The translations under genes and the position numbers were made by a program. A DNA stretch of 64,000 nt from assembly GCF_009914755.1 (NCBI RefSeq), contig NC_060931.1. The stretch is one strand, 5' to 3'. Below the pieces are notes generated by a model that saw only the letters and a program-made list of their open reading frames with translations, had not been told where the DNA came from and made no database searches. Source of the stretch: the human T2T-CHM13v2.0 reference genome, Homo sapiens. Positions 12,588-31,545 of this stretch are shown in pieces. Position 1 is the stretch's first letter, and every line of letters begins with the position of its first letter.

Positions 12588-14107
12588 CTGAAAGGGAAGC
12601 GAAGAGAACAAGATCAGCAGGCGGGGCCGGGGCTCCTCCTCACGCTCTGATCCCAGTTCCTTCGCCTGCCAGTGACAGGGAGGGAGGGGCCCTCAGGTGC
12701 GCCAGCTCCTCAAACCTCTGGCAGAACCAGTGCTGCCCATCCTGCACAGAGGAAGCCCAAATGAGGAGTGGACCAGCGACATGTGACCTGTGGTCACAGA
12801 CACCCACGCTTCGATCCCTGCACCCAGGACCAAAGGGCTGCAAATCTGCCTGCCGTGGAATCGTGAGAAACGTTACTATCGCGTCACTGCCAGTACATGC
12901 TCTAGCTGCCGTGCGGGCACTGGCCTCATGGAAGCCTTGGCAGGTCAAACACCAAGGCCAGCCTGGGCAACACACGGACACCCTGTCTCCACAGAAAATC
13001 AGAAATATGAGTCGGATGTGGTGGCACCTGCCTGTGGTCCCAGCTACTCGGGAGGTTGAGGCTGCAGTGAGCTGTGATTGCACCACTGCACTCCAGCTTG
13101 GGTGACAGAGCAAGACTCCACCTCAAAACCAAAAAGCAAACCAAAAACACAAAGACCACATCCACCAAATCAATAATACCCAAACCGGAATGCAAACGGC
13201 GGCCCCACTCGCCAAGCACTTTTGGAACCAGGGCAAGGAACGGATGCTGTGGATGTGAGGAGGGGAGCGCGGCAGTGAGGCAGGGGTCAGGCCAAGACCT
13301 GCCGTGCAGGGGCTCAGGTGGCCAGAGAAGGGCAGGGCGCACCCTGGGGGCCTGCAGGGGAGGCTGAGTCACTGGACCACAGCGCACACAGCATCACAGG
13401 GCTGGAAATTCCTCACCACCACAATAAAAAACCTGGTAGGACTGGGGTTATGGCATCATGCTCCGGGCGCCTGTTGGTCCCATTCCTTCACTGAGGACAC
13501 ACCCGGCCACTCACATGTCCAAGTCCAACCTGGTCCCTGAGACCCTGGCCATCTCACAGTGATGCTCCTAACACGGCGGCTGTCTCCGCCTCTCCAGCCC
13601 CACCACGGCCGCCTCCAGCCTGCCATTCCCAAAGTGCTGGACGGCACCCACGGCACCAAGCACCTCCCGGGGACAGTGTGGAATCTCGTGACCACCCCAG
13701 ACACTCGGTGCCATTCCACACACACCACAGACCATGGCTTGAAAGCTACTTGCAGCTACTTAATAAACTTAATTTCAGCCGGGCACAAGGTGCTCGCCTG
13801 TAATCCCAGCGGTGCTGCAGTGAGCTGGCCACCAGAAATCAACGGAGGCCTGTCCCAGGACCTTGGGAGCGTTTCTTCTCCCAGGCTGAAGGAACCGCCA
13901 TCTGCTCTGGAGGAAGCCGGCCAGGGCTCTCTGGAAGAACAGCCACCTGCGGCGCTCCGAAGCGCTAGAAACCTTCTCTCAGCCGCAGGGTGCGGGAGCT
14001 CTGCGGGCTTTACCTCCGACTTCTCAAATCCCTCCAGGAGGCAAACTCTCCCTGTCTGCTCCTCCCTCCGCCCCCCAGGAATCACAGGGACACCCTCACG
14101 ATTCTGA

Positions 14108-15735
<1,628 letters not shown>

Positions 15736-17297
15736 CCAGCAGTCTTGATGGGAACAAGGCCTGCGTTCCCGCGGGACAGCTGCCCGCCCTCCTGCTCATC
15801 AGCCCGGCCTGCCTTGCCTTTCTCAGGCCTTCGCAAAGCCGGCGACTCTCCCGACACATATGCTGGGAGAGCCAGATGCCCCAGACCCCCCGACCCCTAA
15901 GGCTCCATCAAGCACTGCAGAAAACCCGAGTTCCCATATAACGCTGTGAGCCGTGTGCAAAACGGGCACGCCCAGGAGGGGCACGGAGGAGAACAAGGGT
16001 GTTGTCTCCGCATCAGTAACAGGAGAGAGAAACGCAGGCCTAGGAAGGGGGCACAGGGAAGGGGGCGCAGGGTAGGTAGGAGAGACAGCAGCTGCAGGAA
16101 GGACGTGCTGCTGATCCAGGAAGAGAGGCGGCCGCCCCAGGCTGCACGCAGAAGCACCACACTCGGCGGTGGGGGCAGCGGTGGACACAGGCTCCTCTTC
16201 GGCCCTCACACAAGGCTCTGTGCGGGCAGCACAGCCACAGAGAGAGCCCAACAGGGCAGTGAGTGCACAGCAAACGGCGGGCAGCCCTGGAGTGGAACAG
16301 GGGCCCCATCACGGCAGAGGGATGCCCTGCTCCCAGAGTCACCACAGCACCTGGGGACACGAAGCAGCCCCCACGGGCGAACCCCACCCAGACGCTGCCT
16401 CGGCCTCCCCGGCTTACACCAGTAGCAGCCCTCGGTGGGGGCGCAGGCCAGGCACAGTGCACACGGCCCGAACACACGGTGCTCAGAGGCATCTGCGGTA
16501 TGAAGAGTCGGTCCAAAGCCCTGGGCTCCAGCTGCCACTGAGGGGAGCATCCAAGCTCTGGAGACAGCAGGGGTCTGGGGAAGGCAGCGGAAGCGGCAGC
16601 CCATCCACCCCTGACCTGCACAGCTCACCACAGACCCCCCAGCCACAACCGCAACCAAGCCAGGCCGATGGCAGGTATCCTGGGGAAACCCCCGACACTG
16701 ACGCCTTCAGTCACACCCGGGCCCTGAAGGGCTCCGGTCCCCACAGCTCACGCCCTCAGTCCCCACAGCTCACTGAGCACCTCGGGGAGACCAAGCTCCC
16801 TCCACGATTCCTCGGGCTCCACCCGTGGTAGGGGGTGAAAAGCTCACCCCACGCACTGCACGTCAAGCTCAGCAGGAGACGGGGCAGGCAGAAGTGGATG
16901 GAACGAGTTTTACGGGACACAGCCCTGGAATGGGAGCCAGGGGTGCCGCCCAGGCCCTGCTGCACCCCAGGGGACCCTAAGATACCCCTTCCACCCTCCA
17001 GACCTCAGGCCGACTGAACCCGGAGGCTCCCCGGCCACCAACCCCACACCCAAAGCAGCTGGGATTCCAGCCAGTAAAATGTGCCAGGAGAAGAGGTGTG
17101 TTAAGAGTTTCTAAAACTCTAGAGAGAAAACGCCAGCTGACCGCAGGTGCCCAGCTCCCACCTGACCAGGCAGGGGCTCAGGAGAATGTAGGCTTATTCC
17201 CTGGCCCAGCAGAAGAGGGGGAGTTCAGGGGTCCCTCTGTTCGTGTCATTTGTCACCAAGTCCCATCTGTGGTTCAGTGCTGCACAAGGCCCTAAAC

Positions 17298-17896
17298 CAG
17301 GGGTGTCCAATGTTTTGGCTTCCCAGGGCCACATTGGAAGAAGAAGAATTGTCTTGAGCCACACATAAAATACGCTAACACTATGATAGCTGATGAACTA
17401 AAAAAAACAAAAAAGGAAAAAAGAAAGAGAGAGAGAAAGAAAGAGAGAGAGAGGAAGGAAGGAAGGTAGGTAGGTCTGTGTGTAAATCTCATAATGTTTT
17501 CAGAAAGTTTACAGATTTGGCTTTTTTTTTGAGACAGAGTCTTGCTCTGTTACCCAGGCTGGAGTGCAGTGGCATGATCTCAGCTCACTGCAACCTCCGC
17601 CTCCCAGGTTCAAGCGATTCTCTCCTGCCTCAGCCTCCCGAGTAGCTGAGATTACAGGTGCCCGCCACCACGCCTGGCTAATGTTTGTATTTTTAGTAGA
17701 GATGGGGTTTCACCATGTTGGCCAGGCTGGTCTCAAACTCCTGACCTCAGGTGATCTGCCCATCTCAGCCTCCCAAAGTGCTAAGATTACAGGCATGAGC
17801 CACTGCACCCAGCCAAGTTTACGGATTTGTGTTAGGCCACATTCAAAGCTGTCCTGGGCCACACGCAGCCTGTGGGCCACAGGTTGGACAAATGTG
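17298..17896 (+). mobile_element. MER30 (hAT-Charlie DNA transposon) interrupted by an antisense AluS (~17522-17815)
   Basis: Runs CAGGGGTGTCCAA...GGTTGGACAAATGTG with an 8-bp TSD ccctaaac at 17290-17297 and 17897-17904. Alu TSD aagtttac(a/g)gatttg. Confidence 0.88.
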
Positions 17897-18551
17897 CCCT
17901 AAACCATTAATGCATGCGCCTTTAACCAAGGCGAAGATCCCGTCACCATGGAAAACACAGACCCTACTCCGAGTCTCACGTGTCTTGCTGGGATATGGCT
18001 ACCTTCAGCTCCTAATAGGTCTGGGGAGAGTATAACTGGTGTAAGTACAAGCAGACTTAGGAAAAACGGTCCTCGCTGCCCCCGACTGAACAGCAAGGGT
18101 GAGATGGAACTTCTGCTGCATCAAATGAAAGGCCTCGAGGTTTGTTTCATGTAAAAGCTCAATTTCACTACAACCAAGGACAGTGAGAGAGATTCAGGAA
18201 ACAGCACTTCTCCAGACATCACAGTCCCAAAACACAACTCATGAGATGTCCAAGAGTCACAGAGCTGGGCAGAACCTCAAGCCATAAACTCCTACTGCAC
18301 CAGAAGCCTCAACCTTCTCTCCCTCTTCAAGGTGGAAATGCGGCATCCAGGGCTGAATCAGAAAAAACCTTGGAAATCACCTCATGAGTGATGCTCATCC
18401 TGAGCTCTGCAGAGCCCCAGGGCACTCTGGGCACCCCGCCAACAGCCACCTGCTGAAGAGGGAGTGGAATGTGGGAAGGTTCTGGGTCCCTGTGACAAGA
18501 ATGGCTTTTATGCTTTGCACACTGAGCTTGGGGGAAAGGGTCAGCAGATTA

Positions 18552-18887
<336 letters not shown>

Positions 18888-20646
18888 CTAGTCCAACCCC
18901 CTTGTATTTAATTGATGGGGAAACTGAGGCCTGGAGACCAGAATAGCTTGATCATGGTCACAGCACAGACACACAATGCATAGGGCAGGGCCCTGAGGTC
19001 CTCTGTCTCTATCCTGAAAAGCCCCCAGCCCCACGTTCTCGGTCCCCTCCACCTGGGGGGAGTGGGCACACAGACCTGGAGACAGAAGAGACTCAGCCCC
19101 AATCTACAGAAACCAACAGTGCCCTCCCTCCGTTTCTAAAGGGAACACAGAAGCACGGGGGCGGAAGAGGAAGAAAACCCAAGACTTTCCACACCAGCAA
19201 AGACATCGAATTTCCTCTTCAGCACGAAAAACGTCACGGGCACCTGAGCGCCCCGTTTCCAGCTTAAAAAGCCCCGACTCCACAGCAGGTGGGTTCACCA
19301 TTCACCAAGCCACTCAGGAGCTCCGGGGCTCAGGGGAAGCACAGCCCTCACGGGCACACTCTGATCACTCTCTTCAAACTAATATGAGTAGCCTGGAGGC
19401 CACTTTCCCAAGAAATAGGAACTAGGCAGCAAGCTCCCACATTCACAACTATGTCCACTTTTTTTTGTTTTTGAGACAGGGTCTCGCTCTGTCGCCCAGG
19501 CTGGTGTGCAGTGGCACCATCATGGCTCACTGAAGCCTCTACCTCTTGGGTTCAGGTGATCCTCCCACCTCAGCCTCGTGAGTAGCTGGGACTACAGACA
19601 CGCACCACCACCCCTGGCTAATTTTTTTTTATTTTTGATAGAGATGAGATCTTGCTCTGTTGCCCAGGGTGGTCCTGAACTCCTGGGCTCAAGCAGTCCT
19701 CCTGCCTCAGCCTCCCAAAGCGCTGGGATGATAGGTGTGAGCCGCTGTGCCCAGCCATGTAACACTTTTTTTTAACATAAAAGCACCCAGATGAGCTTTC
19801 CAGTGTGATAGTAAACACCGTATCTTCAAACTGATCCCAAATGACTCCAAGATCTTGGCGAATTTCTGAAATCAGCTTCTGCCCATGCAGCAGGAGCACT
19901 GCCTGAGGTTGTCTGTGGAGCGGGAGGTGGGAGCCGCTCAGGTGCTGGGGCTTTATTATTCTGATGAGTTAAGTCTCCAGTGCCAAATCCTAGTGGACTC
20001 AGACAGCAAAGTGGGAACTATCTGGTCCACCCAGGAGTATGCCTGGAAGCCCAAGATCATCTTTTCAAAGACAGAGTCTGTCTTCCAACCTCAGCAAAAT
20101 CAACACTCAAGACTACAGCCTAATCTGTTTTGTCGCTGGCAACCCCCTCTCGAAAGCGTAAACGCTCCCAGGGAGCCACCAGGAACAGATGTGGACGGGC
20201 AGCTCCCACCCAGGGCACAGCTGTCATTCACTCGGCTCAGAACTGGGAAGCCGGCCGGGCACAGTGGCTCACGCCTGTAATCCCAGCACTTTGGGAGGCC
20301 GAGGCGGGCAGGTCACCTAAGGTCAGGAGTTCAAGACCAGCCTGACGAACATGGTGAAACCTCATCTCTACTAAAAATACAAAAAATTAGCCAGGCATGG
20401 TGGTGGACACCTGTAATCCCAGCTACTCAGGAGGCTAAGGCAGGAGAATCACTTGAACCCAGGAGGCAGAGGTTGCAGCGAGCCGAGATTGCGCCTTTGC
20501 GCTCCAGCCTGGCAACAGAGGGAGACTCCTTCTCAAAACAACAAAACAAAAACGAACTGTGACGCCCATCTAAGCAGGAGGCACTCCCCATGCAAAGGCA
20601 TAGCGTGTTCTCTGGAACAGGCGCCTGGGAGAACCGATCCACTCAC

Positions 20647-20779
20647 CTGTTGTGCAGCCTTGTCGGCGAGCAGCGCGAATTCCACAGACAGGCCTTTCAG
20701 AGCCTGCTTCAGGGACCCCCACGTGCTGCTATTCAGAGCGGCCCAGGAGGGCAGCGGGGTCGTGTCAGACCCTATTGCA
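20647..20779 (-). CDS. SNX8: SNX8 exon 7 (SAIGSDTTPLPSWAALNSSTWGSLKQALKGLSVEFALLADKAAQQ)
   Basis: Acceptor cctcag|T; donor CAG|gtgagt; 133 nt, phase 2 to 0. Confidence 0.96.
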
Positions 20780-21714
20780 CTGAGGGAGCAAGCACACAGG
20801 AGAGGAGACACTCAAGGCCTGGAGCTCACCTGGCAGTCGAGTCTGGCATCCCCCCCGACAGATGTCCTCCACGGCAACCTGCGTGACCCCGTCCTAGGAC
20901 CCTGCTGCTCAAAGAGTGGCCTGTGGGGACCCTGGGAGCCCGGGAGAAAGGGTGGCCCTGGGGCTGCACCTCAGGACCTGCTGCGTCTCTTCTTCCCAAC
21001 CAGCCCCCAGGTGACATGTGTGCACAGGTGACGGGCACTGCTGGGGCAAGCAGAGTCCCGGGTGGGGTCTCCCCTCCCCTCAGGCAAAGGAAGCGCTGCC
21101 AGCCCATGGTCTGTTCTTCCCCAAGTCAAAGGGATCTTTTTTTTTTTTGAGACGGAGTCTCGCTGTATCACCCAGGCTGGAGTGCAGTGGCGCGATCTCG
21201 GCTCACTGCAACCTCCGCCTCCTAGGTTCAAGCAATTCTCTGCCTCAGCCTCCCGAGTAGCTGAGATGACAGGCACCCGCCACCACGCCCAGAGAACTTT
21301 TTTTTGTATTTTTAGTAGAGACGGGTTTCACCATCTTGGCCAGGCTGATCTTGAACTCCTGACCTCGTGATCCACCCACCTCGGCCTCCCAAAGTGCTGG
21401 GATTACAGGTGTGAGCCACCACGCCTGGCCTGGGATCTTTTTTTAAAGTCTCATCCTGACAGTGAAAAAACTACCAGACTAGAAACTGGTGAGCATTTAC
21501 TCGTGCTCAGAAATCCGTGTTTCAGGGCCGAAATTCTCCCGTGTTTCTTCCAAATATGACCCCCCATGTGCCTGAGCCACTTTCTGCCCCTTCTGAGATG
21601 AAACAGGTCAGGATGCTGGTTATTACGGTAAACGCACTTTCCGCCCAAGCCCTTCACCAGCATGGATTCCCGTCCCACCGCGCGTGCCCCTGCAGAAGCT
21701 GAAAGGTCACCTAC

Positions 21715-21875
21715 CTTAGCTCCTTCCCGAATATGAGAAGATCTGCCGCATTGTCGATGGCCCGCGACGCGATCCGCTCGGCCCTGTCGCGAAGCTTGTG
21801 AAAGCTATTGTAGATGTTCCGGATCAGCTCCCGGCTGATGGCAAACTGAGCCTGGATGTCAGCTGGGAGGAAGTC
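21715..21875 (-). CDS. SNX8: SNX8 exon 6 (DFLPADIQAQFAISRELIRNIYNSFHKLRDRAERIASRAIDNAADLLIFGKEL)
   Basis: Acceptor tgtcag|GAC; donor AG|gtaggt; 161 nt. Confidence 0.96.
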
Positions 21876-22170
21876 CTGACATCATGATGGGGGGAGAGAC
21901 ACTGTGTTAGTCGCTGGGGAGCACCTGTCAGACGGCAGCAGCCGGTCCCCCAGAAGCTGAGCCACGGGAGACCCAGCAGGTCCATGAGCCACCCCGGGAG
22001 CCCCACTCCTCCAGGCCTGCAGGGATCACTCTGTGTGTCCAAAAAAGAAACAAAAACCATCATCACCTGCATGCCACAAACACAAAGACAAATGATCCCA
22101 TGGGATGAGGACCACAGAGTCCACTGAAATCTCATCACACTGGAGGACCTATCCAAAAACACTCAAATAA

Positions 22171-24237
<2,067 letters not shown>

Positions 24238-24720
24238 GAAGAAGAGGTTTAAAAAGAAAAAACCAAAAACAAAAAAACTACCAAGTAGCTACCTTAGTCT
24301 TTTTTGGAAAAAGACCAAACTTTAAACATTTAATAATAAACAAATGTAACAATGAATCCCCAGAAATCTGAAAAGGTGGTGACACAAGCATCCGTCTGTC
24401 TGAGTCACAGAAAAGGGCAGAGGGCACGAGGTGCCTGGAGGGCCTGAGGGCAGAGCTCAGCCGCAACCCGGCCCTGCTGCTTAGAGGCTCGGGGCCTTGG
24501 CAAATGACAGCCTCCCTGAGCCTGTTTCTCCATCCGTAAAACAGGCCTCCCAGCCCTGTGTCGGAGCAACTGAAATGAGGGTTAAATGAGGAAACCATGC
24601 GACAGATGTCAGCATAATCCCTGCCACACAGAGGAGGCAAAATCACTTTGAAGGGTTAAAACTTGTTTCTCTGGTTAAAAAGGGATGTACTCTTCAAAGT
24701 TAGAAAAATACCTTGGCCCT

Positions 24721-27013
24721 CTCCCTCCCCCTCCCCCTCCCCCTCCCCCTCTCCCTCTCCCTCACTCCACAGTCTCCCTCTCATGCGGAGCCGAAGCTGG
24801 ACTGTACTGCTGCCATCTCGGCTCACTGCAACCTCCCTGCCTGATTCTCCTGCCTCAGTCTGCCGAATGCCTGCGATTGCAGGCACGCGCCGCCACGCCT
24901 GACTGGTTTTGGTGGAGACGGGGTTTCGCTGTGTTGGCCGGGCCGGTCTCCAGCCCCTAACCGCGAGTGATCCGCCAACCTCGGCCTCCCGAGGTGCCGG
25001 GATTGCAGACGGAGTCTCGTTCACTCAGTGCTCAATGGTGCCCAGGCTGGAGTGCAGTGACGTGATCTCGGCTCACTACAACCTACACCTCCCAGCCGCC
25101 TGCCTTGGCCTCCCAAAGTGCCGAGACTGCAGCCTCTGCCCGGCCGCCACCCCGTCTGGGAAGTGAGGAGTGTCTCTGCCTGGCCGCCCATCGTCTGGGA
25201 TGTGAGGAGCCCCTCTGCCTGGCTGCCCAGTCTGGAAAGTGAGGAGCGTCTCCGCCCGGCCGCCATCCCATCTAGGAAGTGAGGAGCGCCTCTTCCCAGC
25301 CGCCATCACATCTAGGAAGTGAGGAGCGTCTCTGCCCGGCCGCCCATCGTCTGAGATGTGGGGAGCGCCTCTGCCCCGCCGCCCCATCTGGGATGTGAGG
25401 AGCGCCTCTGCCCGGCCGAGACCCTGTCTGGGAGGTGAGGAGCGTCTCTGCCCGGCCAGCCACCCCGTCCGGGAGGGAGATGGGGGGGTCAGCCCCACCA
25501 CCTGGCCAGCCGCCCCGTCCGGGAGGGAGGTGGGGGGGTCAGCCCCCCGCCTGGCCAGCCGCCCCATCCGGGAGGGAGGTGGGGGGCGTCAGCCCTCCGC
25601 CCGGCCAGCCGCCCCATCTGGGATGTGAGGAGCGCCTCTGCCCGGCGAGACCCCGTCTGGGAGGTGAGGAGCGTCTCTGCCCGGCCGCCCCGTCTGAGAA
25701 GTGAGGAGACCCTCTGCCTGGCAACCACCCCGTCTGAGAAGTGAGGAGCCCCTCCGCCCGGCAGCTGCCCTGTCTGAGAAGTGAGGAGCCTCTCCGCCCG
25801 GCAGCCACCCCATCTGGGAAGTGAGGAGCGTCTCCGCCCGGCAGCCACCCCATCCGGGAGGGAGGTGGGGGGGGTCAGCCCCCCGCCCGGCCAGCCGCCC
25901 CATCCGGGAGGGAGGTGGGGGGTCAGCCCCCCCGCCCGGCCAGCCGTGCCATCCGGGAGGGAGGTGGGGGGGTCAGCCCCCCGCCTGGCCAGCCGCCCTG
26001 TCCGGGAGGGAGGTGGGGGGGTCAGCCCTCCGCCCAGCCAGCCGCCCCGTCTGGGAGGTGAGGGGCGCCTCTGCCCGGCCGCCCCTACTGGGAAGTGAGG
26101 AGCCCCTCTGCCCAGCCAGCCGCCCCGTCCGGGAGGGAGGTGGGGGTGTCAGCCCCCCCGCCGGCCAGCCGCCCCGTCCGGGAGGGAGGTGGGGGGGGTC
26201 AGCCCCCCCGCCCGGCCAGCCGCCCCGTCCGGGAGGTGAGGGGCGCCTCTGCCCGGCCGCCCCTACTGGGAAGTGAGGAGCCCCTCTGCCCGGCCAGCCG
26301 CCCCGTCCGGGAGGGAGGTGGGGGGGTCAGCCCCCCGCCCGGCCAGCCGCCCCGTCCGGGAGGGAGGTGGGGGGGGTCAGCCCCCCCGCCCGGCCAGCCG
26401 CCCCGTCCGGGAGGTGAGGGGCGCCTCTGCCCGGCCACCCCTACTGGGAAGTGAGGAGCCCCTCTGCCCGGCCACCACCCCGTCTGGGAGGTGTGCCCAA
26501 CAGCTCATTGAGAACGGGCCAGGATGACAATGGCGGCTTTGTGGAATAGAAAGGCGGGAAAGGTGGGGAAAAGATTGAGAAATCGGATGGTTGCCGTGTC
26601 TGTGTAGAAAGAAGTAGACATGGGAGACTTTTCATTTTGTTCTGTACTAAGAAAAATTCCTCTGCCTTGGGATCCTGTTGATCTGTGACCTTACCCCCAA
26701 CCCTGTGCTGTGTCCACTCAGGGTTAAATGGATTAAGGGCGGTGCAGGATGTGCTTTGTTAAACAGATGCTTGAAGGCAGCATGCTCGTTAAGAGTCATC
26801 ACCACTCCCTAATCTCAAGTAATCAGGGACACAAACACTGCGGAAGGCTGCAGGGACCTCTGCCTAGGAAAACCAGAGACCTTTGTTCACTTGTTTATCT
26901 GCTGACCTTCCCTCCACTATTGTCCCATGACCCTGCCAAATCCCCCTCTGCGAGAAACACCCAAGAATGATCAATAAAAAAATAAATTAAAAAAAAAAAA
27001 AAAGAAAAAAAAA
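24721..27013 (+). mobile_element. Full-length SVA (SVA_F/E-like), antisense to SNX8, abutting the exon-5 donor
   Basis: (CCCTCT/CCCTCC)n head, Alu-like domain, GC-rich VNTR ~25150-26490, SINE-R, AATAAA and polyA. 19-bp TSD agaaaaataccttggccct at 24702-24720 and 27014-27032. Confidence 0.96.
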
Positions 27014-27023
27014 AGAAAAATAC

Positions 27024-27104
27024 CTTGGCCCTGGTAGCCAGCTTACAGTTCAGGAATTCGTCCCCGACGCACTGTGCTGACTCCTTTAACTTGTTCTGCA
27101 CATC
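27024..27104 (-). CDS. SNX8: SNX8 exon 5 (DVQNKLKESAQCVGDEFLNCKLATRAK)
   Basis: Acceptor ttgcag|GAT; donor AAG|gtattt; 81 nt. Confidence 0.96.
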
Positions 27105-27329
27105 CTGCAAAAGGAAAACACACAGCTTCACCCTCTTCTACTAGCAGCAAGAAAGCTGCTGTGGGGTATGGGTCACTGTGGAGCGGGAGGTCGTCTTTCC
27201 TCAGGAGAAACACATTTCCATATGTTGGCTTTGACATTAGTATTCTGCAATCTCTTGACTCTCCCTTAGATGTTTTTCTCACCAAACAGGACAGCCTGGC
27301 TTCACAGCAGGAGCACCACAAACCTGCAG

Positions 27330-27460
27330 CCTCTCTCCAGAGGCACAGCCACTCCATCCGCAGACGGGGGGCAGCTCTCCAGAGAAACAGCCACTCCATC
27401 CACAGACCAGGGGCGGCTCTGCAGAGAAACGGCCCCTCCATCCACAGACCCGGGGCGGCG
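27330..27460. repeat. 42-bp tandem repeat, ~3 copies (gctctccagagaaacagccactccatccacagaccaggggcg)
   Basis: Visible directly, and as a repeated AALQRNSHSIHRPG-like peptide in the ORF track. Confidence 0.85.
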
Positions 27461-27778
27461 TCAGCCCCAGAGATACCTGAGACCCTGGTAGCTTCCAAAA
27501 ACGCAATAGAACAGGGCAAAAGTGTCTTCCTTCCTGGGAATGCATCCATGGCGCCAGGGACACCAGAGCCCAGGGAGCTGCTGGGCAGAGGGACAGGCCC
27601 AGCCCCTGGCACCGGAGCCCTCTCATCTGAAAGAGGCCTCCTGGGCAAAGCCGTGCCTTAAAGTCAGGAGCCACCCAGGAGATACAAGGGGAAACCCTAA
27701 TATGCAGCTGTTTGCGTGTCCAGGAATTCTCAGGTTTCAGAGATGCCTTAAAGATCATCTGACTCAACTCTCATTTTA

Positions 27779-27812
<34 letters not shown>

Positions 27813-28263
27813 CCTGAGGCCCAGCATGGTGCGTGCCTGTAGTCCCAGCTACTCAGAGCCTGAGGCGGGAGGATCGCTGGAGCCCAGGGGTTCAGGGCCA
27901 GCCTGGGTAACATAGTGAGACCCCATCTCTAAAAACAGAAAGCAAGCAAGAAAACTGAGGCCGGGAAGTGACAGAGAATGATACCTGTGGGAAGGCCACA
28001 GGGAACGTCCTGCCCCCAGAACAGGGATATTGCCCACCTGTGACCCACTGCACCCCTGCCCACCGCCCCTCCCAGGTCCTGCCACATTCCTCTGCTGGCA
28101 ATGCAGATCGCCTCCAAAGGAAGGTTTCCAACCCCAGGGCTCAAAAGATCCCACTGCCTGCTCCAGACATCCCCGGGGGCATCCCAGGGACATCTCAGGC
28201 ACAGGGGGAAGGCCCCTCTGCCTCCGAGAGGAACGAAGACAAAAGGAACCAAGGCTTGTGTGA

Positions 28264-28783
<520 letters not shown>

Positions 28784-29318
28784 TAGAGGCGTGGGCCACT
28801 GTACCTGCGAACTGTAGCTTCTTGACACACAATAAGGCTGTGCCGCAGCAGCTGGGAGGAGGGAAGCCCCACTCAGACCTCTGACGGAGTGCATGTACAA
28901 CAAGTTAATTCCCGGATGCAGGTGTGGGCTGTGGCTCTGACAAGGAGGCTCAGCCTGTGTTCCAGTGGTCCTTAGTCAGACAGGGCCTTGTTTTAAGTCA
29001 ACACTTCTTCCCATCTGGAGTCTCTGGCACCTCCCTAAACCCTCCAAACCATCCAGCCTAAATCCTCAAAGTGACCACAGAGATCCATGATCTCCACGCG
29101 GATTTACAAAATCCTGCAAAGTCAACACCAGGGACACCTCTGAAAATCACATTCAGACTGTTATCTGGAAAGGAAAGAAGTCTTGTCCATGTCATTCCTG
29201 CTGGGCGTCCAAACAAGGGACCAGGAGGATAAGAAACCACACCTGAGAGAGGAAAAGGCGGGTCCGGAGGCTCGGGGACTCCCCGGGGCCGGGACATGGG
29301 CAGGGCAGACACACTCAC

Positions 29319-29440
29319 CGAGCCGCTGAAGGACAGGAAGAGCTTGAGGACCACATCCTCGGAGAACAGGGGGTGTCGCGCCACCAGGTTGACGAAGCGC
29401 TTCAGGGCTCTCCTCCTGGCCTCGATGAACTCCCTGTCAG
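29319..29440 (-). CDS. SNX8: SNX8 exon 4 (ADREFIEARRRALKRFVNLVARHPLFSEDVVLKLFLSFSGS), end of PX domain
   Basis: Acceptor ctccag|CT; donor TCG|gtgagt; 122 nt; PX motif FIEARR. Confidence 0.97.
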
Positions 29441-29837
29441 CTGGAGGAGCACACGGGGTCACTGGACAGAGTCCAGGGCGCCGGCCCCCATCTTCTGCTC
29501 TGGGCGAGTTCTCAAAACTCTCCCTAGAGGTGGCAGAGGGCCCAGCGGCTAGCAGAGGGCACTGGCTGGGCCCCCAGTGCTGCTCAGACAATGGGTCTGA
29601 AAAGGCCGCCCAGAGCAATAACCTCACCCCCAGAGGCCCCCTCCAGCCACACACACTTGGGTCCAGGAGCTGCCAAGGAAAACCACAGATCTGCTTGTTT
29701 CCATCGGGAGTCCTGGGAACCACGTGAGTGGTCACTTTAATCACCTCCGTTAAAGACATCTTCCATAATCCCCTCCTGGCACTTCTCACTGCAAACAAAT
29801 GGGTTTTGCTACGCTCTAACACTAACGCAACCCAGGT

Positions 29838-31545
<1,708 letters not shown>

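Noticed and set aside
25021-26635. Many overlapping ORFs in the SVA VNTR (also 59891-61092)
   Set aside because: SVA is non-coding; the ORFs reflect GC-rich repeats.
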